From contig CAVPKK010000003.1 in assembly GCA_963705705.1 (NCBI GenBank), positions 96,001-160,000 on the forward strand: 64,000 nt of DNA. Direction: 5' to 3'. The notes below the pieces were generated by a model. The model ran no database searches. It saw nothing but the letters and a program-made list of their open reading frames with translations, and was not told the origin of the DNA. The translations under genes were made by a program, and so were the position numbers. Of this stretch, positions 1-9,997 are shown piece after piece; within the stretch, counting starts at the first letter, position 1; every line of letters begins with the position of its first letter. This stretch comes from an uncultured bacterium (GTDB lineage Bacteria > Babelota > Babeliae > Babelales > JABCYS01).

Positions 1-593
1 TCTTGATAAGGAATTTTATATCTCTTGATCCTTTCCTCTTTTTCCGAAGCAAAGTGATCAAATCCCCCACCAAGCCGCGCATGAACGGCTACCGAAATTT
101 TATCCATTCGTGGTTTTACTAAAGAAAGTGCTTCTTTTGGTTTTATAAGACTCCGTAATAGTTCCTTAAATGCTGGATCTTCCCAATCAACAGGAAACTG
201 ATATGGATTTGGATTTCTACATTCACTTGGCGCCTCGGGAAAATAAGGAATTACAAATAAATCATAGCTGCCTGAGGTCTTGCAATTTTCACTCAATTCC
301 GCAGAGCCACCAGCATATTTAAATATGCGATCAAATTGACGTTCGGCCCCCTTACGATATTTTTTTAAAACATTATCTAGAACAAGCTGGTCGGCGTATG
401 GAAAAGGATCGTACAAAAGATCGAAATTATTTTTGTGTGCAAAATACAATGCATGAGAAAAAGCGATAAGGTTATCGCCAAACCGGCCCCCCGATTTCAA
501 AAAAGTTACTGAACTATTTTTTGCATATAGTAGGCCATTTAAAAGAATAACTGCTGAGATAAAATACAGTATTTTTTTGTGGATCGTGGCCAT
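1..593 (-). CDS. GT11-like (alpha-1,2-fucosyltransferase-like) glycosyltransferase, partial (runs off window start), with N-terminal hydrophobic segment
   Basis: Not in ORF track. Manual translation from ATG at 593 (AAGGAG SD upstream): MATIHKKILYFISAVILLNGLLYAKNSSVTFLKSGGRFGDNLIAFSHALYFAHKNNFDLLY. GGRFGDNL resembles the GT11 N-terminal G(R)LGNQLF motif. C-terminal motifs lie outside the window. Confidence 0.55.
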   Translation of the reverse strand, partial: MATIHKKILYFISAVILLNGLLYAKNSSVTFLKSGGRFGDNLIAFSHALYFAHKNNFDLLYDPFPYADQLVLDNVLKKYRKGAERQFDRIFKYAGGSAELSENCKTSGSYDLFVIPYFPEAPSECRNPNPYQFPVDWEDPAFKELLRSLIKPKEALSLVKPRMDKISVAVHARLGGGFDHFASEKEERIKRYKIPYQ

Positions 594-899
594 ATGATTC
601 TCCTTTGATAGAACTGAGTTGATCATTATTTTATTTTCCTATTTTTTTATCGCAACAATATTAGTCCAATTTTTAAATGCGTAACAGATATGGTGTAACC
701 ATTTTTCATGCATGACAAAAACCTTGACAAAATTATGAGTGCGTGGAGAATTTCTTCGTCTTAAATTAAGAGAAGGTATGTCATGATTTTCCTAATTTAC
801 ACTCAACGATTCAGCCAATATAAAAGACTTAAAGGTATCGTGATGAATGCAAATAAGTCTGTTCCTATCACTACTATTTCGAGCGATTAAAGAGAGCTA

Positions 900-1643
900 A
901 TGAATATGAAAATTACAGTATTCTTGAAAATGCTATGCGCCGTCTTGATGTGCCATTCATTGTCAGGTTATCACGTTGGATTGTGCGTGGTGGCAACTGG
1001 AAAATATATTGGGTTTGTCGATGAGTTGATAGCGTCAGCCCGTACACATTTCTTAAAAAATCACGAAGTGACCTACTTTGTATTTACCGATGGAGTGTTG
1101 AAGCCGGCTGCTGATGTAGTACAGATATACCAAGTAAAGCTAGGCTGGCCGTATGATTCCCTTATGCGATTTGCTGTTTATGCGAATCATAAAGAAGAGC
1201 TGAAGAATATGGATTATATCTTCGCCTGTGATGCGGACATGCTTTTTGTCGATACGATTGAAGACTATATCCTGGGCAGCTGCGTGGGTACTAAACATCC
1301 TATTAATATTGGCGGAAACCGTGGCGATTATGAAACAAATCCCGCTTCAGTTGCTTGTGTTAGACCCGATGAAGGCCAATTTTATTTCGCGGGGGCTTTC
1401 TATGGTGCAAAGCGTGATGAGTTTTTTAAGATGATGGATATTCTCACAAAGAGTGTTGAAACAGATTTAAAAAATAATGTTATGGCCAAGTGGCATGATG
1501 AAAGCCATTTAAACCGGTATTTTATTGACCACAAGCCTTTATTTGCACTGCCTCCCCAATTTTGCTGTTTTGAGGGTTGGAAAATTCCTGCACGTAAATT
1601 ACTCGCTCGGTCCAAAGAAAATTGCGATGCAATACGTGCATAG
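900..1643 (+). CDS. GT6 family glycosyltransferase (ABO blood-group/alpha-1,3-Gal(NAc) transferase-like) with signal-peptide-like N-terminus
   Basis: GT6 motifs ATGKY, YFVFTD, LGWPYDSLMRF, CDADMLF (DXD), YFAGAFYG, WHDESHLNRYF. Confidence 0.9.
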   Translation: MNMKITVFLKMLCAVLMCHSLSGYHVGLCVVATGKYIGFVDELIASARTHFLKNHEVTYFVFTDGVLKPAADVVQIYQVKLGWPYDSLMRFAVYANHKEELKNMDYIFACDADMLFVDTIEDYILGSCVGTKHPINIGGNRGDYETNPASVACVRPDEGQFYFAGAFYGAKRDEFFKMMDILTKSVETDLKNNVMAKWHDESHLNRYFIDHKPLFALPPQFCCFEGWKIPARKLLARSKENCDAIRA

Positions 1644-1682
1644 GTGGTAATTTATTATTTCTAAATGATGCAAAGGAGTCAT

Positions 1683-2594
1683 ATGAAGGTGCTTAAATCT
1701 ATAGCTTTAAAAGTAATGCTGTTAGTCGCTTGTGTTGTATTACCTGCGCAGAAGCTGACTGCGGGAACACCCTTTAATAAGCCGATGTATTTTGCGACAA
1801 CCGCAGATATGGAACATTATCCTTGGTTAATTGAGTTATTAAAAACTATTGCTGAGTTTCATAAAGGTAAAGAAACATTAACATTGATCTTTGATATTGG
1901 GCTTGAGAAAAATCAAATAAAATTCATTGAATCAAACTACAAGGCAAAAGTATATCCCATCGAAATGGTGCATCCCGATCTTACAAAAAAATTTAAGGTG
2001 CGAACCAATGGCCGTGTGGCGCGTGGTTGGTATGCTTGGAAACCGGTTGCAATGAAACAGGCATTCGATCATGTTCCCTATTTTCTCTACATAGACTCGA
2101 GTATACGATTGGCCGGGCCGGTTGATGATATTTTTAATATTATTACTCAAGAGGGATATTTTCTGATCGAATGTGGTCACAAAATTGCTCCTGTAACAAC
2201 CAAACGCGTTAAGAAGAAGTTCGATCTCGATAAGGCTGAGAATAAGACGATTTTGGAACAATTAGGAATGTCTGCAGGTCTCCAAGGGCTATCTAAGAAA
2301 GTGTTTAAGGACTATATCAAACCGGTGTATGAATTCGCGCATGATCTATCTTTATTTGAAGATGATGGAACGGCGCCTATGGGCTTTGGTTTTAGTCGTC
2401 ATGATCAAACAATCTTTAGCGTCCAGGCTAGAAAATTGGGTTATCTCATTCATCGGGCATACGATAAAGGGCCAGCCGGCATCTTTTTGAATAAACAAGG
2501 AGAACGCTCCTTTAATCTTGAGCGCTATTTTGTGTTAAAGCACAAACAGATGGAAATTAATCCTGATGCTGCAAAATATAATTTGATAGGATAA
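1683..2594 (+). CDS. Putative glycosyltransferase (DUF1647-like), signal-peptide-like N-terminus
   Basis: Motifs IFDIGL, YAWKP, LYIDSS, RHDQTIFS. AAGGAG SD precedes ATG 1683 (ORF track starts at 1665). Confidence 0.6.
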   Translation: MKVLKSIALKVMLLVACVVLPAQKLTAGTPFNKPMYFATTADMEHYPWLIELLKTIAEFHKGKETLTLIFDIGLEKNQIKFIESNYKAKVYPIEMVHPDLTKKFKVRTNGRVARGWYAWKPVAMKQAFDHVPYFLYIDSSIRLAGPVDDIFNIITQEGYFLIECGHKIAPVTTKRVKKKFDLDKAENKTILEQLGMSAGLQGLSKKVFKDYIKPVYEFAHDLSLFEDDGTAPMGFGFSRHDQTIFSVQARKLGYLIHRAYDKGPAGIFLNKQGERSFNLERYFVLKHKQMEINPDAAKYNLIG

Positions 2595-2596
2595 CA

Positions 2597-3385
2597 ATGC
2601 ACAAACGAGCCATTCTTTTTATTTTGCTATTAGCTTTTAACAATACGCAATGCCTTAAGATTGATCGCGCTATTGTTTCCAGCGATGCCAATCCCATGTA
2701 TCTGCAATTTTGGCCATTGGTTGCCCGGGCTTGGCAACAGCTTATCGGCGTCAGGCCAACGCTATTGCTTATCGCAGACGATACTGTTGAGGTTGATGAA
2801 AGTGTAGGCGATGTAATTCGATTTCAACCAATTCCAGGTGTTCCAACTGCTACACATGCCCAGTGCATACGGTTATTAGCCCCTGCCTATTTTGAAGATG
2901 ATGTGTGCATCATTTCCGATATCGACATGCTACCACTGAGTAAAGCCTATTTCGTTAATTCTATTAAGGATCTGCCTGATGATGCCTTTGTAGTCTATCG
3001 CGATCGTGCCTATGGCAATGATGCTCGGCGCTTTCCCATGTGCTATAACGTAGGCAAGGGTTGTCTGTATAAATCGATTTTTAGATTCAATTCTGTTGCA
3101 GACATACCATATATTATTAAGAAATGGGTCGAAAAAGGGTTTGGGTGGAATACCGATGAAATCATTTTAACTGCTTATGTGCGTCAATGGCCTCAATTTA
3201 AGGAAAACTGTGTACTGCTCGGCCATACATCTATGGAGACCAGACGCATTGATAGATCTAACTGGCAATACAACAAAGAAAAGCTAAACAGTAAGTATTA
3301 CATTGATGCCCATATGGTACGGCCGCTAGACAAATATTATGCCCAGATTAAAGAACTGGTTGATGACTTGGGCATAGCGCTATAA
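2597..3385 (+). CDS. Putative GT-A fold glycosyltransferase, signal-peptide-like N-terminus
   Basis: IISDIDMLPL (DXD), FPMCY and WNTDE motifs; operonic with the two preceding GT genes. Confidence 0.55.
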   Translation: MHKRAILFILLLAFNNTQCLKIDRAIVSSDANPMYLQFWPLVARAWQQLIGVRPTLLLIADDTVEVDESVGDVIRFQPIPGVPTATHAQCIRLLAPAYFEDDVCIISDIDMLPLSKAYFVNSIKDLPDDAFVVYRDRAYGNDARRFPMCYNVGKGCLYKSIFRFNSVADIPYIIKKWVEKGFGWNTDEIILTAYVRQWPQFKENCVLLGHTSMETRRIDRSNWQYNKEKLNSKYYIDAHMVRPLDKYYAQIKELVDDLGIAL

Positions 3386-3577
3386 GGTTCAGAACTATGC
3401 CATTTTGTGGGTCAAGGGCCTAAAAAAGGCCTGATTTAGCCCAAAAAACCTTAGGACCGGTTGCGGGATTTTCATCTTTCCCTATACTGCTTACCACTAA
3501 TCATTACTAACACGCGCTCAGTTGGAAGCAAATCACATAAAATTTCCTGCCGGGCCTACCCAACAGGGAATATCAAC

Positions 3578-4843
3578 ATGACACAACAAGCACGTACTGC
3601 CACCTTTACCAAAAGTTCATCTGAGAGAAGCTACCCTAAAAGACAATTTTTTGGCGGCAAGCCTTCATTTGGCCGCTCAAGATTTGGTGGCCGACCAGGC
3701 CCTCGAAGTGGAGCTCAAGGACAGGGCAAACCTATAAAGAAGTTCAATCCATCTGATTTTATCAGGAAGGTTGAAGAAACCTCGACTGCTCCTGTGTATG
3801 CTGCAAAGCATGCATTCGCTGATTTTGCTATTGCTGACCAGCTTAAGAAAAATATTGCCCGCAAAGGGTATACTACCCCTACCCCTATTCAGGATCAGGC
3901 TATCCCAGCGCTACTGGAACAAAAGGATGTTATTGGTACCGCAAATACCGGTACTGGTAAAACTGCAGCCTTCTTAGTCCCATTAATTAGTAACATGCTG
4001 GCCAAAAAGACCACCCGTGTTCTTATTATTGCCCCAACTCGTGAGCTTGCTGCTCAAATCCAAGCGGAACTTGAGCTATTTAAGGCAGGCATGCCAATGG
4101 GCTCAGTATTATGCATCGGCGGCGTTAATATCAATTTCCAAATTGATCGCCTCAGACGAACCCCAGCTTTTGTGATCGGTACCCCAGGCCGGTTAAAGGA
4201 TTTAGAACAGCAGGGGTATATAAATTTTGCCACCTTCACCTCTATCGTGTTGGATGAAGTTGATACTATGCTCGACATGGGCTTTATCGGCGATATTAAA
4301 TACATCATTTCGAAGCTGCCAACTACACGGCACTCACTATTCTTCTCAGCAACAGTATCAAAAGCGACCCAAGACATCGCTCATCAGTTTCTACGCAACC
4401 CTATTTCCATCAGTGTAAAGACGCGACAATCAGCCGAAAACGTTAACCAAGACGTCATTAAAGTGGCGGGCGGATTAAGTAATAAAGTTGATATGTTGCA
4501 CGATCTTTTAATTAAACCTGAATTTAATAAGGTTATCGTTTTTGCACGAACTAAGCGGTCGGCTGATAGGTTGTCCAAAATGCTTCTCGAACGCGGTTTT
4601 AGAATTGCTGCTATTCATGGCGATAAGTCACAAGCGCAACGAAAAAAGGCGTTGGACCTCTTCAAGAACAACCGTGTCAAAGTGCTATTGGCTACCGACG
4701 TGGTTGCCCGCGGTATTGATATCGATGATGTATCACACGTCATCAATTTTGATATGCCGCAATCATATGAAGATTATATTCACCGTATCGGACGAACCGG
4801 CCGGGCGAATAAAGTCGGTCAGGCGTTAACGTTTATTGAGTAA
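3578..4843 (+). CDS. DEAD-box RNA helicase
   Basis: Q motif PTPIQ, TGTGKT, PTRELA, TPGR, DEVD, SAT, HGDKSQ, ARGID, HRIGRTGR. Start moved to ATG 3578. Confidence 0.93.
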   Translation: MTQQARTATFTKSSSERSYPKRQFFGGKPSFGRSRFGGRPGPRSGAQGQGKPIKKFNPSDFIRKVEETSTAPVYAAKHAFADFAIADQLKKNIARKGYTTPTPIQDQAIPALLEQKDVIGTANTGTGKTAAFLVPLISNMLAKKTTRVLIIAPTRELAAQIQAELELFKAGMPMGSVLCIGGVNINFQIDRLRRTPAFVIGTPGRLKDLEQQGYINFATFTSIVLDEVDTMLDMGFIGDIKYIISKLPTTRHSLFFSATVSKATQDIAHQFLRNPISISVKTRQSAENVNQDVIKVAGGLSNKVDMLHDLLIKPEFNKVIVFARTKRSADRLSKMLLERGFRIAAIHGDKSQAQRKKALDLFKNNRVKVLLATDVVARGIDIDDVSHVINFDMPQSYEDYIHRIGRTGRANKVGQALTFIE

Positions 4844-4960
4844 GTCGCGAAATTCTAATTTTCTCTACTTGAACCAACAAAATTTTGCCGTATTATTTGG
4901 TAAAGATGTTTTATGTGCAACGTGCTCACGTTGTTTTTAAATCTTTATTAAAGGATAGCT

Positions 4961-6190
4961 ATGCTCAGAAATTGTATGTTGTTATTGCTTGCCTGTTCTT
5001 TAGGTACAGTCATTTATTGTGGCAATGCACCAGACGGAATAAGTGTAGAATATGTTGTTGCTCACTATAATGAAGATTTAAGCTGGCTAACCCCATATGC
5101 CGAAAAGGCTCATATTTATCATAAGGGCATATTGGGAGAGTCACCATTTCCCGTTGCTAACTGGACGCCATTACAAAATGTAGGCCGAGAAGGCCATACC
5201 TATCTAGTTCATATTCTTGAGCATTATGACGATTTAGCTGATATCACCTTTTTCCTGCAAGGGCGCATTGATGATCATATGTTTGGAAAGACACTTGATG
5301 ATCTATTGCGGGAAGCAATAATTAAAGGTGCCGGTTTCATGGGTACGAAATTTCCTCTGTTTCATAATCTTTCTAGAAATCGTTCAGGCTTCATTGCCTT
5401 TTGGGAAAAATTATTTGAAGAGAAATTCTCTGAAGATACATTTTTTTATGCCAATGCATGTTTTGCCGTCAGAAAAGAAATCATTCTCCTTCATCCGCGC
5501 GAGTTTTACGAGGTTATTTTGCGGCGTCTTAGCCGCAGTGCAAATCCAGAAGAGGGATATTGGGTAGAACGGATGTGGTACCGCATGTTTGATACTACAA
5601 AAAATTCACAGCCTTATCAGTTAAAAAAAGCCGCTGAGCCACGTTGCATTTCATATGGAGCCTATTCATACGGCAACGTTAATGTTAAAAGCTGGCCTAG
5701 TGACCCGACGCAATACAGTATTGGTAAATTTTGTTCTATAGCAGACAATGTTACTGTCTTTTTGGGTGGCAACCACCGGACTGATTGGATTTCTACCTAT
5801 CCATTTCCTGCATTTGATTCATTTCCCGAAGCAAAAAATATTGAAGGGTATGTTGCAACCAAAGGAAATATTATCATCGGTAATGATGTATGGATTGGTT
5901 CGCACGTTTCAATATTATCTGGTGTTACGATTGGCGATGGCGCAGTTATTGGTGCCTTCAGTGTTGTTGCAAAAGACGTTCCTCCTTATGCTATAGTCGC
6001 TGGTAATCCGGCAAGGATTATTCGATATAGATTTAGCGAAGGTGTTATTAAAGCATTGCTGGAGTTGCAGTGGTGGAATTGGCCTATTGAGAAAATAAGA
6101 GCCAATACCCATCTATTGTGCAGTGATAACATTGAGACCTTTTTAGAAGCCAATGCTGAAAGTCAGCCTATGGCAACTTCGTCTGAATAA
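4961..6190 (+). CDS. Fusion: signal peptide + DUF3431-like domain + CatB/Vat-type hexapeptide O-acetyltransferase
   Basis: N-part [27 protein letters not shown]-part [47 protein letters not shown]. Confidence 0.75.
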   Translation: MLRNCMLLLLACSLGTVIYCGNAPDGISVEYVVAHYNEDLSWLTPYAEKAHIYHKGILGESPFPVANWTPLQNVGREGHTYLVHILEHYDDLADITFFLQGRIDDHMFGKTLDDLLREAIIKGAGFMGTKFPLFHNLSRNRSGFIAFWEKLFEEKFSEDTFFYANACFAVRKEIILLHPREFYEVILRRLSRSANPEEGYWVERMWYRMFDTTKNSQPYQLKKAAEPRCISYGAYSYGNVNVKSWPSDPTQYSIGKFCSIADNVTVFLGGNHRTDWISTYPFPAFDSFPEAKNIEGYVATKGNIIIGNDVWIGSHVSILSGVTIGDGAVIGAFSVVAKDVPPYAIVAGNPARIIRYRFSEGVIKALLELQWWNWPIEKIRANTHLLCSDNIETFLEANAESQPMATSSE

Positions 6191-6230
6191 TTTAATCGCG
6201 GTAAGTAAGAATAACATTCGAATTAATCAA

Positions 6231-6965
6231 ATGAGCCTACAAGCTTACGGCAATCTCTGCAGTCTTTTCTATGATGTCACCAAAGGTTATGCGCTCGAGC
6301 GTGAAGTTGATTTCTACTCAAGTTTTATACCTAACAAAAATGCTCGTGTACTTGAGGCAATGTGCGGCTCAGGAAGGGTGATGATTCCGTTGATGCAGCG
6401 AGGCTATCAGGTTGAGGGCATTGATAACTCCAAAAACATGCTTGATCGTTGCCGCCGGCGTTGTGCCGAATTAGGTCTTTCGCCTATTCTCCACGAACAA
6501 TCACTTGAAACTATGCTTTCGCCAAATCGCTATGATGTGGTTACCATCGCCGTTGGTTCATTTCAGCTTATTACCAACAGATCCGCTGCTCTTGTATCCC
6601 TTAAAAATCTGCATGCGCATATGAACGAAGGCGGCATTCTACTTATTGATACTTTTGTGCCAGATGTTAATGGCGATCCATGGACCGTGCGATATGCAAG
6701 AATGGATGCTCATAAGACGGTGCGACTGACAACTCGGCACGTGTTTGATGCACAAAAAAAGATTGCAGATGCCTATTGCCTCTATGAGTTACTGATTGAT
6801 GGCATCGTGCAACAGGAAGAAAAAGAACTTATTCAAGTAACTTGGTATCGTGATAAAGAATTTGAATTCCTATTACGCAAGGCCGGATTTAAGTTAGTTA
6901 ATATTTCCGATGAAAATCTGCGACCATCTGGGCCATCGCGCATTGTGCATGCCGTTGCAGTGTAG
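6231..6965 (+). CDS. Class I SAM-dependent methyltransferase
   Basis: VLEAMCGSGR motif I; GIDNSKNML. Confidence 0.85.
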   Translation: MSLQAYGNLCSLFYDVTKGYALEREVDFYSSFIPNKNARVLEAMCGSGRVMIPLMQRGYQVEGIDNSKNMLDRCRRRCAELGLSPILHEQSLETMLSPNRYDVVTIAVGSFQLITNRSAALVSLKNLHAHMNEGGILLIDTFVPDVNGDPWTVRYARMDAHKTVRLTTRHVFDAQKKIADAYCLYELLIDGIVQQEEKELIQVTWYRDKEFEFLLRKAGFKLVNISDENLRPSGPSRIVHAVAV

Positions 6966-6990
6966 ATAAAATTTGTAACAAACACTCTCA

Positions 6991-7725
6991 TCAAATAAAC
7001 GTTTGAGAAGATGGATTGCTGCCAAGAAGTTGACGCAAGTTTTCAACTGCTTTAACGCGATCGTCTTGTCCAAATATTCCTGAGCCAATGCATAAAATAT
7101 CTGCGCCGCGACTTGCAACTGAAACAATCGTTTTTGCATCAATGCCGCCATCAATGGCAATCGAAAATTTTAAGTTTTGTTCTCTGCGCTTTACTATCAA
7201 TTCATCAATGATCGAAAGTGATGCTGGCATAAAATCTTGGCCAGAAAAGCCGGGCATAACAGACATGACCAACACATTATCAACCTGATCAAGCAAATGC
7301 TCGATGGTGCTTAATGGCTGCTCAGGGGAAAGGGCGATACTTACGTGCCAATTTTTTCTTTTTAATTTTTCTAAAAGCCCCGACATGTCTGCTACCAATA
7401 TACTCCATGTGCCGGGAATCATTTCACTGTCTTCAATAGTAGCTTGGTGAGAATGGAAGGATATCGTAGCTCCGGCAGGCAGCGTAAAACGTTCAACAAG
7501 CTCCTCAACATACTCAACCATGAGATGTACAAAGAGTGGTTTTTGTGTGATGCGACCAATTTGATTTATGGTATCGATGCTCATGGCTAGATTCGGAACA
7601 AAGTGGTCGTCCATAACATCAAGGTGGAAACCATCAACAAAATTTTCAAGTCGTTCAATCTCACGTTGTAAATTCAATTGATCGGCTGCCATGAGTGATG
7701 GATAGATTAATTTTTTAGTCATCAT
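6991..7725 (-). CDS. rpe: Ribulose-phosphate 3-epimerase
   Basis: PSLMAAD, HLDVMDDHFVPN, HLMV, MSVMPGFSGQ, IDGGI. Confidence 0.93.
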   Translation of the reverse strand: MMTKKLIYPSLMAADQLNLQREIERLENFVDGFHLDVMDDHFVPNLAMSIDTINQIGRITQKPLFVHLMVEYVEELVERFTLPAGATISFHSHQATIEDSEMIPGTWSILVADMSGLLEKLKRKNWHVSIALSPEQPLSTIEHLLDQVDNVLVMSVMPGFSGQDFMPASLSIIDELIVKRREQNLKFSIAIDGGIDAKTIVSVASRGADILCIGSGIFGQDDRVKAVENLRQLLGSNPSSQTFI

Positions 7726-7729
7726 TTTT

Positions 7730-7841
7730 ACCCCAAACTCACCCTAGGAGGGAACCCGAGTTTCGGGACCCGTATCCCGATCGCGCTGAGTGTTTTTCGC
7801 AGCAAAATGTATCGTGCTTCGATAAGTCTCAGGATGAGCGG
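7730..7841 (-). repeat. Palindromic repeat family A, composite copy
   Basis: Reverse complement reads CCGCTCATCCTGAGACTTATCGA...GATACATTTTGCTGCGAAAAACACTCAG...CTCGGGTTCCCTCCTAGGGTGAGTTTGGGGTAAAA and matches the copy at 48776-48903. Confidence 0.85.
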
Positions 7842-7900
7842 CTTTTGGTTGTTAGTCATCATTTCTCTCGCAGGTTTTTGTTTTTGGCTGGCGATATGGC

Positions 7901-7937
7901 AAAAAAAAAGCCCCCGAATTAACGAGGGCTATTTTTT
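7901..7937 (-). terminator. Intrinsic terminator
   Basis: GC-rich AGCCC...GGGCT hairpin with A/T tracts on both sides, downstream of 7960..8568. Confidence 0.65.
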
Positions 7938-7959
7938 ATATTGTCGCTCTAAAAATTAT

Positions 7960-8568
7960 TTAGAGAGCGGTAACGTCTGCTGCGGTTTGATTGCATGGCG
8001 GGCATGCAGGGCAGCCTGCTTGCAAGCTGGCAATCGCATTTGCAACGGCTGTCGCAATACCAGCTACTACATCATAAACTGCATCTGGGCCATAAGCTAC
8101 TGCAAGCTTGAGAGCTTTATAGCCAACCAATAGATACACAAGTTTAACCAAATCATTGTTATTGTAATGAGCTGGTAACTTCTTGCTCAACTCGTTGCTG
8201 AGTAAGTTTGATACTGTATATAGATAGCCAGCTTCACTTGCTATATTAGATACGGTACCTGCACCTGGGATTGTGCCATCCAAAAGCTCGCCTGAGCCAG
8301 CTACTGCAATATCATAAGCTATTAGTGTCGGATAGCTATCGCTGAGATATTTCTTGTCAGCTAGATATTTTGATGCATAAACCCAAGCTACACCGCCGAA
8401 ACCATAGGTAAGGAGGGTATTGCCGGTGCTTGAGCTGCGGGTCGCCGCTAGCATCGATGAGAGACGAGATTTGAGGCTTACTGCTTGTTTAGCGGTCGCC
8501 GCTTCAACCATAGTTGTTACAGCCAGAAGACCGGCTAGCAAAACAGTATAACGTTTGTTCATGAACAA
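7960..8568 (-). CDS. Hypothetical secreted/membrane protein
   Basis: ORF with GGGAG SD, signal-peptide-like start and CPACPPC near the C-terminus; no family recognised. Confidence 0.65.
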   Translation of the reverse strand: MFMNKRYTVLLAGLLAVTTMVEAATAKQAVSLKSRLSSMLAATRSSSTGNTLLTYGFGGVAWVYASKYLADKKYLSDSYPTLIAYDIAVAGSGELLDGTIPGAGTVSNIASEAGYLYTVSNLLSNELSKKLPAHYNNNDLVKLVYLLVGYKALKLAVAYGPDAVYDVVAGIATAVANAIASLQAGCPACPPCNQTAADVTAL

Positions 8569-8850
8569 CTCCCTTATAAAAGGTTAGTGTGAAAAGATAC
8601 TTACACCAAAACAAGCTATCTGGTTTTTACCGGCTGTCAATAATTCAATAATGCGATGTAACGCTTTAAAACTGTATTTTTGAATCACGTAAATGTAGAA
8701 AAAAAGCAGCTTATAAAAGGCTTTTGGCCTCTATTTGATATGCACATTTCTATTGGGTACCTCATATTTTTCTATGGACATGATAATTTTTGGTGCTAGA
8801 ATCTCGCGCGTTCTGTGAGTGATTAATAGAAATTAAACCAGCGAGGAATC

Positions 8851-9978
8851 ATGAACTATTTTGGCAATAAGTTGCTTTTATTGGTTGTTTTAGCTTTTGC
8901 TTGCAATACAACAGCATTCGGGCACCCAAAGAATGAATCATACGCTGCCGAAAAAACGGTTTTATTGACCGGCGCTGCTGGATTTATTGGCAGCAATTTC
9001 CTCAAATATATGTTTGATAAGTATCCATCCTATAAATTTATAGTGTTGGATATTCTGACATATGCAGGTTCGCTCGATAATATTCCTACATATATTCAAG
9101 AATCGCCAAGATTTTCTTTTGTGTACGGTTCAGTTACCAATGCTTTTCTTGTAGATAGCGTGATGAGCAAAGCTGATTTCGTTGTACATTTTGCTGCAGA
9201 ATCACATGTAACCCGTAGTATTTATGATGATTATACTTTTTTTGATACCGACGTAATGGGTACGCGCGTTATGATGGCTTCATTAGTTAAGTATGCAAAA
9301 AAAATATGCCGATTCATTCATATATCAACCTCTGAAGTCTTTGGAACAGCAGAAGGAGATTATATGGATGAAGAGCATCCGCTTAATCCTAGAACTCCTT
9401 ATGCTGCGGCAAAAGCGGGTGCCGACAGATTGGTATATGCCTACTGGTGTACTTTTGATATACCGGCGCTTATCATTCGGCCATTTAACAACTATGGGCC
9501 GCAACAACATTTAGAAAAGTTTATTCCACGTTGTATTACCAGTGCTATTAAAGGTGAGCCAATTACGGTTCACGGCGATGGTCTGCAGGAGCGTGACTGG
9601 GTTCACACGCTTGATGTTGCCAGAGCACTTGATAAAGCATTGCATATCGAAGATTTTTCTAAGATCAAAAACCAGGTAATTAACATTGGCAGCGGTAAAG
9701 CCACCACAATTTTAGACATCGCAAATTGCATCCGCGACCACTTTAATTTACCACCAGAGTCACTCATTTTTACCAGTGACCGCCCAGGGCAAGTTGCACG
9801 TCATATTTCGGCCACGCGCAAGGCAAAAGAACTTCTTGATTGGGAACCAATCATTGGGCTCAAAGAAGGGCTTAAGGACACTATTGAATGGTACAAAACA
9901 CATCCAGGACGATGGAAGAAAATGGAGTCGATGAAACAAGTTCCGGTAGTGACGTCTCTTGGTATTGAAATGCAGTAA
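8851..9978 (+). CDS. NDP-glucose 4,6-dehydratase (RmlB/RfbB-like) with signal-peptide-like extension
   Basis: TGAAGFIGSN, DILTYAGS, HFAAESHV, HISTSEVFG, YAAAK, NNYGP, GDGLQERDW. Confidence 0.88.
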   Translation: MNYFGNKLLLLVVLAFACNTTAFGHPKNESYAAEKTVLLTGAAGFIGSNFLKYMFDKYPSYKFIVLDILTYAGSLDNIPTYIQESPRFSFVYGSVTNAFLVDSVMSKADFVVHFAAESHVTRSIYDDYTFFDTDVMGTRVMMASLVKYAKKICRFIHISTSEVFGTAEGDYMDEEHPLNPRTPYAAAKAGADRLVYAYWCTFDIPALIIRPFNNYGPQQHLEKFIPRCITSAIKGEPITVHGDGLQERDWVHTLDVARALDKALHIEDFSKIKNQVINIGSGKATTILDIANCIRDHFNLPPESLIFTSDRPGQVARHISATRKAKELLDWEPIIGLKEGLKDTIEWYKTHPGRWKKMESMKQVPVVTSLGIEMQ

Positions 9979-9997
9979 TGAAAAAAAGGATTACTCA

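Noticed and set aside
5640..6190. Antibiotic resistance gene (catB/vat)
   Set aside because: Only the generic hexapeptide acetyltransferase fold is evident. It is fused to another domain among glycan genes, so sugar acetylation is more plausible.
7807..8133. 108-aa plus-strand ORF
   Set aside because: Starts inside a repeat, crosses a terminator and overlaps a better minus-strand gene.
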